From the NCBI GenBank assembly GCA_965261085.1, contig OZ253442.1, positions 3,648,001-3,712,000 of the forward strand: DNA of 64,000 bases, given 5' to 3'. The notes below the pieces were generated by a model, which was given only the letters and a program-made list of their open reading frames with translations, had not been told where the DNA came from and did not search any database. This document shows positions 19,980 to 30,800 of this stretch, in pieces; within the stretch, counting starts at the first letter, position 1; the number at the start of each line of letters is the position of its first letter. The stretch is from a bacterium. GTDB taxonomy: Bacteria > UBA8248. Made by a program: the position numbers and the translations under genes.

Positions 19980-20179
19980 GATCACCCTCGCCCGCCTGAG
20001 AAAGAATCTCGATTTTGTGCATCTCTACCCTTGATTTTCCCGAGCGGCATCTGGTAGCATCGCTCTGCGCTTAGGGTATCCAGGTGCATTTGATTTGAAT
20101 AAAACGTGAATCGCCAGGGAGTCGTTCCCTCGGGGTTCCAATCGCAAAAATCTTCATCAGCCGTAGGAGGGAATCATCC

Positions 20180-20491
20180 ATGACATTTGTCATCGGGGAA
20201 AAATGCCTGGGCGAGCGCTATGCGACGTGCGTGAGCGTCTGTCCCGTAGATTGTATGCACCCGGGCGAGTACAAAGGGGAACCCTTCCTGATCATCGACC
20301 CGGAAGAATGCATCGACTGCGGGGTGTGTCAGCCGGAGTGCCCCATTGACGCCATCCTGGAAACCGAAGACGACGATCCCGTATGGGCGGAAATCAACGC
20401 GGAACTCACCGATGAATTCAAGAACCACGAGCCGGTCGAGCCGCGCCCGGCGAACGACCCGCCGAGAAGAGCGGACAACCAGTTGCGCTAG
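20180..20491 (+). CDS. fdxA: FdxA-type ferredoxin
   Basis: AGGAGG RBS; CVSVCPVDC and IDPEECIDCGVCQPECP. Confidence 0.9.
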   Translation: MTFVIGEKCLGERYATCVSVCPVDCMHPGEYKGEPFLIIDPEECIDCGVCQPECPIDAILETEDDDPVWAEINAELTDEFKNHEPVEPRPANDPPRRADNQLR

Positions 20492-20508
20492 TTCCACCTT
20501 GCCGATTC

Positions 20509-20544
20509 AAACACCGCGGCCGAACGGTCGCGGTGTTTTTTTTT
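20509..20544 (+). terminator. Intrinsic terminator
   Basis: AAACACCGCGGCCG-AA-CGGTCGCGGTGTTTTTTTTT after the ferredoxin gene. Confidence 0.9.
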
Positions 20545-20607
20545 CGCCTATGCAAAAGGCTTTCACATCCACCCCGTGATCCATAAACGGGAAACCCTGA
20601 GGGAGCT

Positions 20608-21588
20608 ATGGTTTTAAGTCCACCCGCAAAAGACGGCCCGCTCATCGCCGTCGCCGGAACGCGCTTCGGCCCACCCACCATTGAGGAGGAGATACTCGCC
20701 CCTATGGGTTCTCGCCTGCGTCTGGGTATGGGCGCGGACGGAGAATCATTGATCGAACTCTGCGCGGAGGCGGAGGGCGTCATTATCGGCGCGATTCCGA
20801 AATTCACCGCCGGGGTCATCGCACAACTAAAGCATTGCAAAATCCTCGCGCGCGGAGGCGTGGGGGTGGACAACATCGATCTTGAAGCCGCGCGGGAAAA
20901 AGGGATTCAGGTCACCTTCGTGCCCGATTACTGCGTCGATGAGGTATCGGACCACGCCATGGCATTGATCCTCTATTTCGCCCGAAAACTCGAACAAGGG
21001 ATCACGGAAGTCAAAAAAGGCGGATGGGGGATCGCCTCGCTCCGGCCCATCGCCCCGCTGCGGGGCGCGACATTGGGTATAGTGGGCATCGGGAGAATCG
21101 GCGCAGCTTTGGCCGGGAAGGCGCGCGCCTTCGGGATGCGGATCATCGCGCACGATCCTTTCGCGCCAGAATCCGTTTTCGAGGAGTCAGGAGCCGGGAA
21201 AGTCGCGCTTTCCCGGATATGGGAAGAGTCCGACTACGTTTCCCTGCACTCGCCCTTGACGCCCGAAACCCGGGGCATGGTGAACGCCGAAGCACTCGAG
21301 CGCATGAAGACGGACGCCGTTTTGATCAACGTGGCGCGCGGCGAACTCGTGGACGAGAAGGCGCTGGCCAGTGCTCTAAAGAAAAACGCCATCCGGGGCG
21401 CGGGCCTCGACGTGCTCGAAGAAGAACCCCCGCCTCCGGGTCACCCCCTGCTCGGGCTGCCCAACTGCCGCGTCACGCCGCACAGCGCGTGGTACAGCAC
21501 GGCGGCTCTCGAAGACATGAGGCGAAAGGCGGCGACAGATGTACTGCGCGTGCTGCGTGGGGAGAAACCACGCTATCCTGTGGAGTGA
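20608..21588 (+). CDS. D-2-hydroxyacid dehydrogenase (CtBP/phosphoglycerate dehydrogenase-like)
   Basis: GVGVDNID, GIGRIG, INVARG, LDVLEEEP, TPHSAWYS. Confidence 0.92.
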   Translation: MVLSPPAKDGPLIAVAGTRFGPPTIEEEILAPMGSRLRLGMGADGESLIELCAEAEGVIIGAIPKFTAGVIAQLKHCKILARGGVGVDNIDLEAAREKGIQVTFVPDYCVDEVSDHAMALILYFARKLEQGITEVKKGGWGIASLRPIAPLRGATLGIVGIGRIGAALAGKARAFGMRIIAHDPFAPESVFEESGAGKVALSRIWEESDYVSLHSPLTPETRGMVNAEALERMKTDAVLINVARGELVDEKALASALKKNAIRGAGLDVLEEEPPPPGHPLLGLPNCRVTPHSAWYSTAALEDMRRKAATDVLRVLRGEKPRYPVE

Positions 21589-21611
21589 TTGAATCTCGGC
21601 AGGTGGATGGG

Positions 21612-22460
21612 CTACTTTTCTATCGGAAAACCGACGACGCTGCCCCACTCCGTCCATGAGCCGTCATATATTTTCACGTTTTCATAGCCCAGCAGATACC
21701 GCATGGCGAACCAGACCAGACTGGCCCGGTGGCTCAGCCGTCAGTAGAGGACGAGTTCGATCTCATCATCGGGCGCAGCGCCTGCGCCGCTGAGAATTTT
21801 CCCGAGTTCCTCCGTACTCTTGTAGGTGTCGTCCGCATTCAGCAGTTCGCGGAAAAACAGGTGCACCGAACCCGGTATGCGCCCGGCGCGCTCGGCCCCG
21901 TGGTCGAGACCCGGCGGGGGCATCACCCGCTCGCCCCTGTATTCCTCGGGCGAGCGCACGTCGAGCAACACCCTGCCCGGCTCGCCGAGCCTGTCGCGGA
22001 TATCGTCCCTGCCCACGCTCAAGACTTCCGCTTCATCCGGCGCGGGGTGGGCGACGGCCACAGCACCCGGCGCCTCGCTCGAGACGGGCATCCCGTCGGC
22101 AATCCATTTTTTCTTCGCGCCATCGAGGAGCTTCAGATTCGTGAAGCCCGCCATCTTCAGGACCCAATACGCATAGGTTCCGAACTGCACCGGCTCACCA
22201 TAGAGAACAATGGTCGCATCCGGCCCAACCCCCATGCGGCCCAACTGCTCCGCCAACGCCCCGGGCGCGGCGAACGCGCGGTCCGTCTCGTGCCAAAGGG
22301 CCCCTTTCCAGAACCACCAGTGCGCCCCTGGCACATGGGCTTCACGGTAGGAGGCGTCGTCATTGGCTGATGAAACCTCGATGACGTGTACATTCGGACT
22401 CCCTAGGTGTTCTGAGAGCCACGCGGTAGAAACGAGCGCGGAATTATCGGTTTGCGTCAT
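21612..22460 (-). CDS. Two-domain rhodanese sulfurtransferase, probable selenoprotein (UGA at 21741-21743 at the catalytic position)
   Basis: Reads [51 protein letters not shown]; the YDGSWxEW signature lies after the TGA, in frame. Confidence 0.85.
21710..21730 (-). promoter_or_regulatory. Candidate bacterial SECIS hairpin
   Basis: mRNA ACCGGGCCA-GUC-UGGUCUGGU stem-loop starting 10 nt after the UGA, with G in the apical loop. Confidence 0.6.
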
Positions 22461-22526
22461 ATCTGAATACCCTCACTATAAGAAAACAAGTAGAAAAATC
22501 GCGTCATGAAAATCTTTTCAGAAAAT

Positions 22527-23951
22527 TCACCCGCCGAACATCGGGGGCTTTTCCCGCCGTATATCCGGCGTGGCTTCTTCGTACGCATGGGACGCCTGCA
22601 GCACGCGGGCTTCCTCCCAGGGCGGCCCCACGAACTGGACCGATACCGGCAGGCCATCGGCGCTGAAGCCGGACGGCGCGGCCATGGCCGGAAAACCGAA
22701 CAGATTGTAAGGGCCGGTCTGGGGCCTGCCGAGGCCCGAGAAGGGGACTTCCACCCCGTTCACGCTGCCCATCGTAGTCGCAATAGGCGCAGCGGGACAG
22801 GGGTAGCCCGGCGCCAGGAGGATGTCGATTTCACCAAACACCTTTTCCATCTCCCGGGTGACTATCCGCCGCTCCCTGCAGGCGCGCACGTAGTCATCGA
22901 GCGTCACGCGGTTCACCGACTCCAGGCGGTCGCGCACGTCCTCGCCGAACATTTCGGGATGCTCACTAAACCGCTCGCGATGCACCACCGCCAGTTCGGC
23001 CCCTGCGATCATGCCGCGCACCTCGTTCATCTGCTCGGCGTGTGGGTAGCGCACCTGAACGATGACGCCGCCCAGACCCTTCAAGGTTTCTATCGCCTGC
23101 TCGAAGCCATTTTGGACCGATTCGTCGTTTTCAGAAAGGTGCAGATCTTCGCAAAGCCCGAAACGCATCCCCTCGACGCCCTGGCCTATCAGGGCGCAGA
23201 AATCAGGCGTTTCCCGATCTTCCGAGCCTGGGTCCGCCGGGTCGTAGCCCGCCATGGCCTGGAGCATGAGGCCGCAATCGCGCGCCGTTCTGGCGAGCGG
23301 GCCGGCGTGGTCGAGGCTGGGAGAGTTCGGGAAAATACCGCGAAGGCTCACCCGCCCGTAGGTGGGCTTCAGGCCCATCGTTCCGCATGCGCTCGCAGGC
23401 CCCCGGATGGAGCCGCCCGTGTCGGTTCCCACGGCGGCGGGGCACATGAAGGCCGCGACGGAAGCACCCGAACCCCCGCTCGATCCGCCCGCAACCCGCT
23501 CGGTATTCCAGGGGTTCCGGCACGGGCCGTAATGGGGATTCACGGTGGTGGAGCCCGCCGCGAACTCGTGCGTGTTGCATTTCCCGATGATGAGGGCGCC
23601 CGCAGCTTTCAGCTTTCTCACGCACTCCGCATCTTCGGCGGGCACGTTTTCCGGGAAAAAACTCGATCCCTGCGTCGTCAGCACGCCCGCGGTATCCACG
23701 ATGTCCTTGATGCCTACGGGTATCCCGTGGAGCGGCCCCCGGTAGTTTCCGCCCTGAATCTCATCCTCCGCCTTTTTGGCGTCCTCACGCGCCTCATCCG
23801 CGCACACGGTGATGAACGCGTTAATCTCAGGGTTTAAGGCCTCGATGTGGCGTAAATGCGCGTCCACCACCTCGCGCGGGGAGATTTTCTTTTGCTCGAT
23901 CTGCTGGGCGAGTTCATATAATGAGAGAAAATTCAGTCCATCGGCGCTCAT
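22527..23951 (-). CDS. Amidase signature family protein
   Basis: GPLHGIPVGIKD, GGSSGGS, GTDTGGSIRGPA. Confidence 0.93.
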   Translation of the reverse strand: MSADGLNFLSLYELAQQIEQKKISPREVVDAHLRHIEALNPEINAFITVCADEAREDAKKAEDEIQGGNYRGPLHGIPVGIKDIVDTAGVLTTQGSSFFPENVPAEDAECVRKLKAAGALIIGKCNTHEFAAGSTTVNPHYGPCRNPWNTERVAGGSSGGSGASVAAFMCPAAVGTDTGGSIRGPASACGTMGLKPTYGRVSLRGIFPNSPSLDHAGPLARTARDCGLMLQAMAGYDPADPGSEDRETPDFCALIGQGVEGMRFGLCEDLHLSENDESVQNGFEQAIETLKGLGGVIVQVRYPHAEQMNEVRGMIAGAELAVVHRERFSEHPEMFGEDVRDRLESVNRVTLDDYVRACRERRIVTREMEKVFGEIDILLAPGYPCPAAPIATTMGSVNGVEVPFSGLGRPQTGPYNLFGFPAMAAPSGFSADGLPVSVQFVGPPWEEARVLQASHAYEEATPDIRREKPPMFGG

Positions 23952-24107
23952 TTTCACCTCCATACCACCTGTGTGAATTTTATTTGGCTTCCGCCTGGTT
24001 GATTGAATATCACCTTACCATGACCGGGCGATCTTCGCCCTCACCGCAGGAGATTTCTTCCTCTTCCAAGTCGAATGCGCACTTGAATGGCAGCGCGTGC
24101 GGCAGAA

Positions 24108-24490
24108 AAATCACTCCCCCCTCGAGGGGGAGTTCCGACCGAGAAGGGAGGGAGTGTCGCAGAAGCCGAGCCTATGGCGAAGGCTGATGCGGTGGGGGGT
24201 CAGCCCCGAGGAGGGGCTAGGACAACCACGGGGGGTTGTCCCCTACGAGGCGGTGCGGTTTTGTTCGTCATTCCGGCGCATGCCGGAATCCATGTGTTTT
24301 AACTTTGTTTTTTATTTTCTGATTGGTTCCCGCCAATGACGGGGAGATGAAAAGCCGGAGTATTGTCATTCCGCTTGGGAATGGCCAACCTCTCGGTTGT
24401 CACCAGCTTTCGCCGGAATGACGGCGGTGGTCAATTCCGAGCGAGGAGGGGCTTTTTCAACAACCCCCTCAAGGGGGGAGTAATCAGAAC
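24108..24490. repeat. Mosaic of REP-like repeats (family A, GTCATTCCGGCGCATGCCGGAATC family, lone MITE end)
   Basis: TCACTCCCCCCTCGAGGGGGAGT..., GTCATTCCGGCGCATGCCGGAATCCA at about 24267, TTTTTCAACAACCCC at about 24453. Confidence 0.75.
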
Positions 24491-24683
24491 CCAAGGGTGA
24501 GTGATTGTGCACACTTCGCCTTTTTTCTGACCAACTCGAACTCCCCTTAAGGGAGGCCCACTTGGCGAAGGCGCGCTGATTTGTTATGGATGGTTGCGGG
24601 CTGATGATGCAATACGCCCGATTCACGCGCCAGGAGCTTAAGAAAACTCGTGGCGCGGCCATCATTCCATGAGGTCAAACCAC

Positions 24684-25835
24684 ATGAACGGCGATACTTT
24701 CGACGCTCTGGTCGTCGGCGGTGGAATCAACGGGCTCTCAGCCCTTTATCACCTGAAGCGCCTGGGAGCGGAGCGGGTAGGCCTCGTGGAGCGCTTCTCT
24801 ATCGGCCACGACCGGGGCAGTTCGCATGGCGCCGCCCGCGTCACGAGAAGCGCCTACGTCGCACCCGAATACGTCCGCCTGATGCAATGGGTGCACACGG
24901 AAGAGTGGCCACGGATCGAAAAAGCCGTCGGCAAACAGCTCGTGTATTCCAACCCCGGAATCTACACAGGACTCCCCTGCGAGCGTCTCGACCGCTACAT
25001 CAACGCGGTGCAGCAAGTAGGCGTGGACGTGGAACTCATCTCTGCGGGCGAGGCGCGGGAGCGCTTCCCCCAATTCACGTTCGTAAACGCCGAAAGCGCC
25101 CTGCTGGACAAAACGGGCGGTTTCGTCTCGGCCAAAGAAGCCGTCGACTCACTCGCAGGCCTTGCCCGCGAGAACGGGGTGATAATCCACGAAAACACCA
25201 TCGTCCACGGAATCGACCCGACGAGCGATCCCGTGCGAGTCGAAACGAGCGCGGGAACCTTCAAGGCCGAACGCCTGATAGTCGCGGCTGGCGCATGGGC
25301 GCGTGAATTGCTGCCGTTCCTCAAGCCCAGGCTCAACGTCTCCCGCCAGACGGTGGGATATTTCACGCCCGGGGATGACCCCGACGCCTACCGGCCCGGC
25401 CGTTTCCCCGTCTGGGTGTATATGGAACAGGAAGAGAACGATCTTTTCTACGGGATGCCCGAATTCGGGCGCGCAGGCATCAAGGTGGCCCGGCACATGA
25501 GAGTCGGAGTGGATGATGATCCCGACAACCCGCCCGATGCCATCGAGCAGGAGAAGATAGATGACGTGAGACGCTTCATGGCGAGCTTCTTCTCCTGCAA
25601 AGACTGGACGCTCGCGGATGCTGAGAACTGCCTCTACACCAACGCGCCGAATGAGGATTTCATCATCGACCTACATCCCGAGAATCCGCGCATCGCGTTC
25701 GGGGCCGGATTTTCGGGCCACGGATTCAAGTTCTCCCCCCTCACAGGAAGGCTCCTGGCCGAACTGGTCTGGGAGGGGAAGATATCCATACCCGACGCCG
25801 ATCTGGCGAGGCAGCTTTTTTCGCTCAAGAAATAG
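24684..25835 (+). CDS. FAD-dependent sarcosine/N-methyl-tryptophan oxidase (SolA-like)
   Basis: VVGGGING, HDRGSSHG..R, CLYT, GFSGHGFKF. Confidence 0.9.
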   Translation: MNGDTFDALVVGGGINGLSALYHLKRLGAERVGLVERFSIGHDRGSSHGAARVTRSAYVAPEYVRLMQWVHTEEWPRIEKAVGKQLVYSNPGIYTGLPCERLDRYINAVQQVGVDVELISAGEARERFPQFTFVNAESALLDKTGGFVSAKEAVDSLAGLARENGVIIHENTIVHGIDPTSDPVRVETSAGTFKAERLIVAAGAWARELLPFLKPRLNVSRQTVGYFTPGDDPDAYRPGRFPVWVYMEQEENDLFYGMPEFGRAGIKVARHMRVGVDDDPDNPPDAIEQEKIDDVRRFMASFFSCKDWTLADAENCLYTNAPNEDFIIDLHPENPRIAFGAGFSGHGFKFSPLTGRLLAELVWEGKISIPDADLARQLFSLKK

Positions 25836-25888
25836 GCTATCTCTCTCCCTGCGAGAATCCGCCCCGCTACTAAAGCCTTATGCACCCA

Positions 25889-26701
25889 TTACCCCAGAAG
25901 CGCCCTTAGATTCTCGCCCGCCCGCCGGGCCGCAGTCCGGGCATCGGGTTTCGAGACAATCTGGCAGGTCAGATAGCCCGCATACCCTATCGAGCGGAGC
26001 GCCTCGATGATTTCGCCGAACGGGATGTGTCCGCCGCCGGGATACAGTCGGTTGTTCTCGGCGATGTGCATGTGGCCCAAATACTCTTTTGATTCGAGGA
26101 TCGGGTCGGTGAACGACGCCTCATCCACGTTCATGTGGTAGGTGTCCAGCATGAGCACGAGACCCTCGTGATCGAACTCCCGGCAGAGGGCCACGCCTTC
26201 CGCTGCCGTGTTCACGTTGTTGATCCAGTGGCTGCACAAGGGTTCGAGGTATAGTTTAAGTCCGCGAGCTGCGGCCTCATCCGCAAGACCCAGAAGCGCG
26301 TCGCGCATCCAGCGTAGCGAATCATCGCGCCGCTCGTTCTCGCAGAGATTCCCGCGTGAGGAGCCGATCACCATGCCGCACCCGAACCTTCGCGCCATAT
26401 CGAGCGCGTCCAGGTGGCGGCGATAGGACACCGCCCTGATCTCGGGCACGGGATGGCACAGCCAGATTTTATCCTGAAAACCCATGGCCGCCGTGTGTAT
26501 CATCGAAACCGAAAGGCCCCGGCGCGCTATTTCCTTTTCGATGCTTCCCAAATCGAGTTCATCCGGTTTTCTCACCGAAAGCTCCACGCCCTCGAAACCC
26601 GCCTCGGCCACGCAGGTGAGGTTTTCCTCGAGCGTTCCCTGCGCGCTGGGAAGGTTGGGGGTGGAAATATCCGGCGTGGCGATCTGGTAGCTCAGCTTCA
26701 T
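25889..26701 (-). CDS. Sugar phosphate isomerase/epimerase (TIM barrel, IolO-like)
   Basis: GFEGVEL, LEP, LDTYHMN, HMHIAENNRLYPGGGH. Confidence 0.85.
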   Translation of the reverse strand: MKLSYQIATPDISTPNLPSAQGTLEENLTCVAEAGFEGVELSVRKPDELDLGSIEKEIARRGLSVSMIHTAAMGFQDKIWLCHPVPEIRAVSYRRHLDALDMARRFGCGMVIGSSRGNLCENERRDDSLRWMRDALLGLADEAAARGLKLYLEPLCSHWINNVNTAAEGVALCREFDHEGLVLMLDTYHMNVDEASFTDPILESKEYLGHMHIAENNRLYPGGGHIPFGEIIEALRSIGYAGYLTCQIVSKPDARTAARRAGENLRALLG

Positions 26702-27156
26702 TCAGAAGACTCCTCCGCCCCCATCGCGCCCCAGGATACGGCGCGGCGTGGTGTTATCTCTATCATCCATTGGTGGATTTTGATGGGGCCGCGGTACTGC
26801 GCATATTTCTCACGAAGCAACTCCGCCGCCCTCTCATACGCTGCGGCGTCCGCCTCGGCGTGGATGATCCTCGCGCTCCCAAAAAGCAGCACGAAACCGA
26901 GTTTCGCCCAGTCGTCCTCGTAGTGATCCACCAGAAAAGAGACTTTTTCGTTTTCGCGGATGTTGTCGAGCCGTTTTAAGCGCTCGATGTCTTTTTTCTG
27001 CTTGCCGTCCACCGGAACGTATATTTTCCCGTCCACCACGGCGAAAACCACGGGCACGGCGTGGGGAGCGCCCTCTCTGTCCGCCGTCGCCAGCCGCGCC
27101 ACGCGCGCGCCTCTCACGAAGCGCCATTCATCATCAGAAAGCAAAGGCCCCGTCAC
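26698..27156 (-). CDS. PPOX-class (F420/FMN) oxidoreductase
   Basis: GTG start overlaps the upstream stop; RVARLATAD..G.PH.VPVVFA, VDGK.K, RLDNI.EN, VDHYEDDW. Confidence 0.85.
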   Translation of the reverse strand: MTGPLLSDDEWRFVRGARVARLATADREGAPHAVPVVFAVVDGKIYVPVDGKQKKDIERLKRLDNIRENEKVSFLVDHYEDDWAKLGFVLLFGSARIIHAEADAAAYERAAELLREKYAQYRGPIKIHQWMIEITPRRAVSWGAMGAEESSE

Positions 27157-28697
27157 TCCGCTTCTCCGTAACCCCCGCCGCCCGGCGTGATGAGCGTGAG
27201 GGTATCGCCCGGCTCCATATCGGTGGTGACCTTGGGGTCGATTTCGCGCTCGTTGATGCGCACCTGCCCCCGCGCGCCAGATCCTCCGCCGAACAGCCCC
27301 GGCGCCGGCGATTTCGTGCGCTCGGCCATGAACGACACCGTGATGCGGGCGGGAGAGTCGTTCCTGAAGACGATTCGCTGCCCGCAGCCTCCCCGGAATT
27401 TCCCGGCGCCGCCTGAGTCTCTTAATATCGTCTTCTCGATGAGGGTGAAGGGCGTGATGCGCTCGATCACTTCGATCGGCGTGTGGGATACGTTGCTGGG
27501 ATAGCTCAGGCACGCATGGCCGTCCCCGCGCGCGGTGGCGCCCGTGCCCCCGTTCTGGAAGAAAAGCCCCGCCGTCCGCACGCCCAGCTTATCCAGCCCC
27601 GTATAGTTCACGCACCAAAGGGGAGAGCCGCTCGCCGCGGGCACTTCTTCGGGAATGACGGGAGCGAGGGCCTCGAAAACGGCGGCGGGCAGATAGTGGC
27701 CCACCAGCATCCGGCCTCCTCCCGCGGCGGGATGGAGCGGCTCCAGAATACTGCCCGGCTCCGTCCTCACCTCGATGGGCCTAAAACACCCCTCGTTGTT
27801 GGGAACCTCGGGACAAAGAACGCACTTGATGGGATAGACCGAATAGGCATAGGTGTAGTTGTAGGCCACGTTCACGGCGCGATCGACCTGGGGCGAGGAG
27901 CCCGCGTAGTCGATCACCAGGGAATCTCCTGTTTTCTCGATCCGCGTCCGCACCCGAATAGGCTCCGCCAGACCGTCCGTCTCAATCTCAGAGGCGTATT
28001 CCCCATCGGGCAAGCGAAGCAGGGCGTCGCGCATGGCTTTTTCCGAGCGGCCCTGAATCTCCTTCGTCAGCGCGCGCAAATCATCCAAGCCGTATTCTTC
28101 CAAGAGATCGCCCAGGCGTTTTTCCGCCAGGCGATTCGCCGTGATCTGCGCGTTGATGTCGCCCATCACCAAATCGGGCACGCGCACGTTGTAGCGAATG
28201 AGGTCGATGAGCGTCTGATCCGGCTCGCCGCGCCGGTACATCTTCATCATGGGAATCTGGAGGCCCTCTTCGTAGACCTCCCTGGGGTCGGGGGAGCGGA
28301 TTTTCCCGCCGATGTCGGGCAGATGGGCCGTACTGGCTGAGAACCCGATGAATTTTTCCCGGTAAAACACCGGCTTCACGATGTTCACGTCGGGGAGATG
28401 GCCCGTTCCGTACCAGATGTCGTTGGTGACGAGGATGTCGCCGGGTTCGAGCGTCTCGGGCGGAAACGCCCGGAGAAAATGGCGAACCGTTATCGGCAAG
28501 GTGCCGATGAACGATGCGATGCTGGCCGAAGACTGCACGAGGGAGTGGCCCTGATCGTCGGTGATCACGCAGGAAAAATCGTTCGACTCGCGCACCAGCG
28601 TGGAAAACGAGGTGCGCACCAGTGTCGCCGCCGCCTCGTCCACGATGCCGATGAGCCTGCGCCAGAGCACTTCCAGCGTAATGGGATCAAACGCCAT
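27153..28697 (-). CDS. Hydantoinase B/oxoprolinase family
   Basis: DPITLEV, RTSFS...RES.DFS, NDIWYGTGHLPD, DSGGAGKFRGG, TPGGGGYG. Confidence 0.93.
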   Translation of the reverse strand: MAFDPITLEVLWRRLIGIVDEAAATLVRTSFSTLVRESNDFSCVITDDQGHSLVQSSASIASFIGTLPITVRHFLRAFPPETLEPGDILVTNDIWYGTGHLPDVNIVKPVFYREKFIGFSASTAHLPDIGGKIRSPDPREVYEEGLQIPMMKMYRRGEPDQTLIDLIRYNVRVPDLVMGDINAQITANRLAEKRLGDLLEEYGLDDLRALTKEIQGRSEKAMRDALLRLPDGEYASEIETDGLAEPIRVRTRIEKTGDSLVIDYAGSSPQVDRAVNVAYNYTYAYSVYPIKCVLCPEVPNNEGCFRPIEVRTEPGSILEPLHPAAGGGRMLVGHYLPAAVFEALAPVIPEEVPAASGSPLWCVNYTGLDKLGVRTAGLFFQNGGTGATARGDGHACLSYPSNVSHTPIEVIERITPFTLIEKTILRDSGGAGKFRGGCGQRIVFRNDSPARITVSFMAERTKSPAPGLFGGGSGARGQVRINEREIDPKVTTDMEPGDTLTLITPGGGGYGEAE

Positions 28698-30787
28698 TAC
28701 CCGTTCACCTCGATGATGATGTGGCCGCTTTCATTTTTTCTAAATTGCGCGTCTTGGGGGACCACGATGGTGGATTCACGCTCCTCGACGATGGCGGGGC
28801 CGGAAAATTCCCGCCCGGCGGGCAGCGAATACCTGTGGTAGACGCGCGCCTCCAGAAACCCGACATCAGTACCCGCATATATCTTTCTTGACCCCTTATC
28901 GAAATCCGCCTCATCCGTGAGCGGCGGGACGTTCATGCCTTGAGGGCCCGGACCCAGCATCGTCAGCCGCCAGGCGGCCACCTCCGCCGCCACGTTCTCG
29001 ATTTTTCGCAAATACCGCTTCTCATACGCTTGCTCGAATAACTCCTGCATGGCCGCGCTATCGCGAACCGGCATCCCGCCCTCCTCGGGCAGGGGGACGC
29101 TCACCGTATCCGTCTGCCCCCTGTAGCGCATGTCGGCTGCGGGCTGAAACTCCCAACGCGCATCCACGTCGAGCCTGTCCCCCAGGGAATCTTTCATCTG
29201 CGCGGCCATATCCCGATAAAGCGCCTCGACGCGCGCCCAGTCCACCGCATCGACGTCGGAAACCAGGACGCGGACGGCGTCGGCTCTCGGCCGCGCCGCC
29301 AGAAGACCGGCTGCGGAGGCCACGCCCACGTCCGGCGGGCAGACGATACGGCGGATATAGAGTTTCTTCGCCATGTGGCAGGCGTGAAGGGGTGCGGCTC
29401 CACCCGTGGCGATCAAGGCGTAGTTTCTGGGGTCGCCCCCTTTTTCGGCGATGTGCACGCGCGCGGCGCTCGCCATCTGCTCGGTGATGATCTCATAAAT
29501 CCCCCACGCCGCATCCTCTACGCTCATGTCCAGCTTTTCGGCCAGAGCCGAGACGGCCTCGCGCGCTATTTCGGCGTCGAGTTTCATCGCGCCGCCCAGG
29601 AAGAAATCGGGATTGAGATAGCCCAACAGCAGGCTCGCGTCCGTAACGGTGGGCTGTTCGCCTCCTTGCCCATAACAGGCGGGTCCCGGCATCGCGCCCG
29701 CGCTCTGCGGGCCGACCCGAATCAACCCCAGGCCGCTTACCTGCGCGATGCTGCCGCCGCCCGCGCCGATCTCGACCAGATCCACCGTGGGCGAGAGGAT
29801 GGGCAGGCCGCTTCCCTTCTGGAATCTCGACGTTCTCGCCACCTCGAAACGGTTCTCCGTCGCGGGTTCGCCGTTTTCGATCAGGCATATCTTGGCCGTG
29901 GTTCCGCCCATGTCGAAGCCCAGAACGTGATCCTCTCCCAGGGAGCGGGCGATTTGCGCCGCCGTGAGCGCGCCGCCCGCAGGCCCTGATTCGATGATTC
30001 GCACCGGATGCTCCCGCACGCTGTCGAGCGTGGCGAAGCCTGAGTTCGAGAGCATGATGAAGAGATCGCCCGCAAAGCCCGAATCCCGCAGGCTGGCGAG
30101 CAAGCGCGTCAGGTACGCATCGGCGATGGGCCGCACGTAGGCGTTCGCCGCCGTGGTGGAAGTTCGCTCGTACTCGCCCGTCTCGGGGGCCACTGCGGAT
30201 GAGATGCAAACGGGCGTATCGCCCACGACCTCCTCGATTGCCGCCTGGGCCGCCCTCTCGTTCTCGGGATTCACGGGCGCATGGAGAAACGAGACGGCGA
30301 GAGATTCCGCCCCGAGGCGAACGAGTTTTTCCGCCTCGCGCTTCACGGCTTCTACGTCCAGGGGAACCACAATCTCGCCATCCACGTGGACGCGCTCGGG
30401 CACCTCGGCGCGCAACTCCTGCGAGACGAGAGGCATCGGCATCTCCTGGTGCAGGTCGTAGAGGTCGAAGCGCTTCTCGCGGCCGATCTCGATGACGTCG
30501 GAAAACCCCTGCGTGGTGATGAGGCCCGTGCGCGCGCCTTTTCGCTCGATCAGGGCGTTGGTGATGAGGGTGGTGGCGTGCACGATGCTCGCGAGGTCGG
30601 ATGCTTTAAGACCGGCGGATTCGAGTATTTTCCTGAAGCCCGAGAGCGTCCCCTCGGCGGGATCATCGGGCGTGGTCAGCACCTTGGCGATGTGGACCGC
30701 TCCCCGCCTCTCGTCGATGAGCACGAGATCGGTGAACGTGCCCCCGATGTCTACGCCCAAGCGAATTTGCAAGTCTTTATCCATCAT
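28697..30787 (-). CDS. Hydantoinase A/oxoprolinase family
   Basis: GVDIGGTFTD, ESGPAGG, FDMGGTTAK, EIGAGGGSI. Confidence 0.93.
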   Translation of the reverse strand: MMDKDLQIRLGVDIGGTFTDLVLIDERRGAVHIAKVLTTPDDPAEGTLSGFRKILESAGLKASDLASIVHATTLITNALIERKGARTGLITTQGFSDVIEIGREKRFDLYDLHQEMPMPLVSQELRAEVPERVHVDGEIVVPLDVEAVKREAEKLVRLGAESLAVSFLHAPVNPENERAAQAAIEEVVGDTPVCISSAVAPETGEYERTSTTAANAYVRPIADAYLTRLLASLRDSGFAGDLFIMLSNSGFATLDSVREHPVRIIESGPAGGALTAAQIARSLGEDHVLGFDMGGTTAKICLIENGEPATENRFEVARTSRFQKGSGLPILSPTVDLVEIGAGGGSIAQVSGLGLIRVGPQSAGAMPGPACYGQGGEQPTVTDASLLLGYLNPDFFLGGAMKLDAEIAREAVSALAEKLDMSVEDAAWGIYEIITEQMASAARVHIAEKGGDPRNYALIATGGAAPLHACHMAKKLYIRRIVCPPDVGVASAAGLLAARPRADAVRVLVSDVDAVDWARVEALYRDMAAQMKDSLGDRLDVDARWEFQPAADMRYRGQTDTVSVPLPEEGGMPVRDSAAMQELFEQAYEKRYLRKIENVAAEVAAWRLTMLGPGPQGMNVPPLTDEADFDKGSRKIYAGTDVGFLEARVYHRYSLPAGREFSGPAIVEERESTIVVPQDAQFRKNESGHIIIEVNG

Positions 30788-30800
30788 TGCGCTTTCGACA

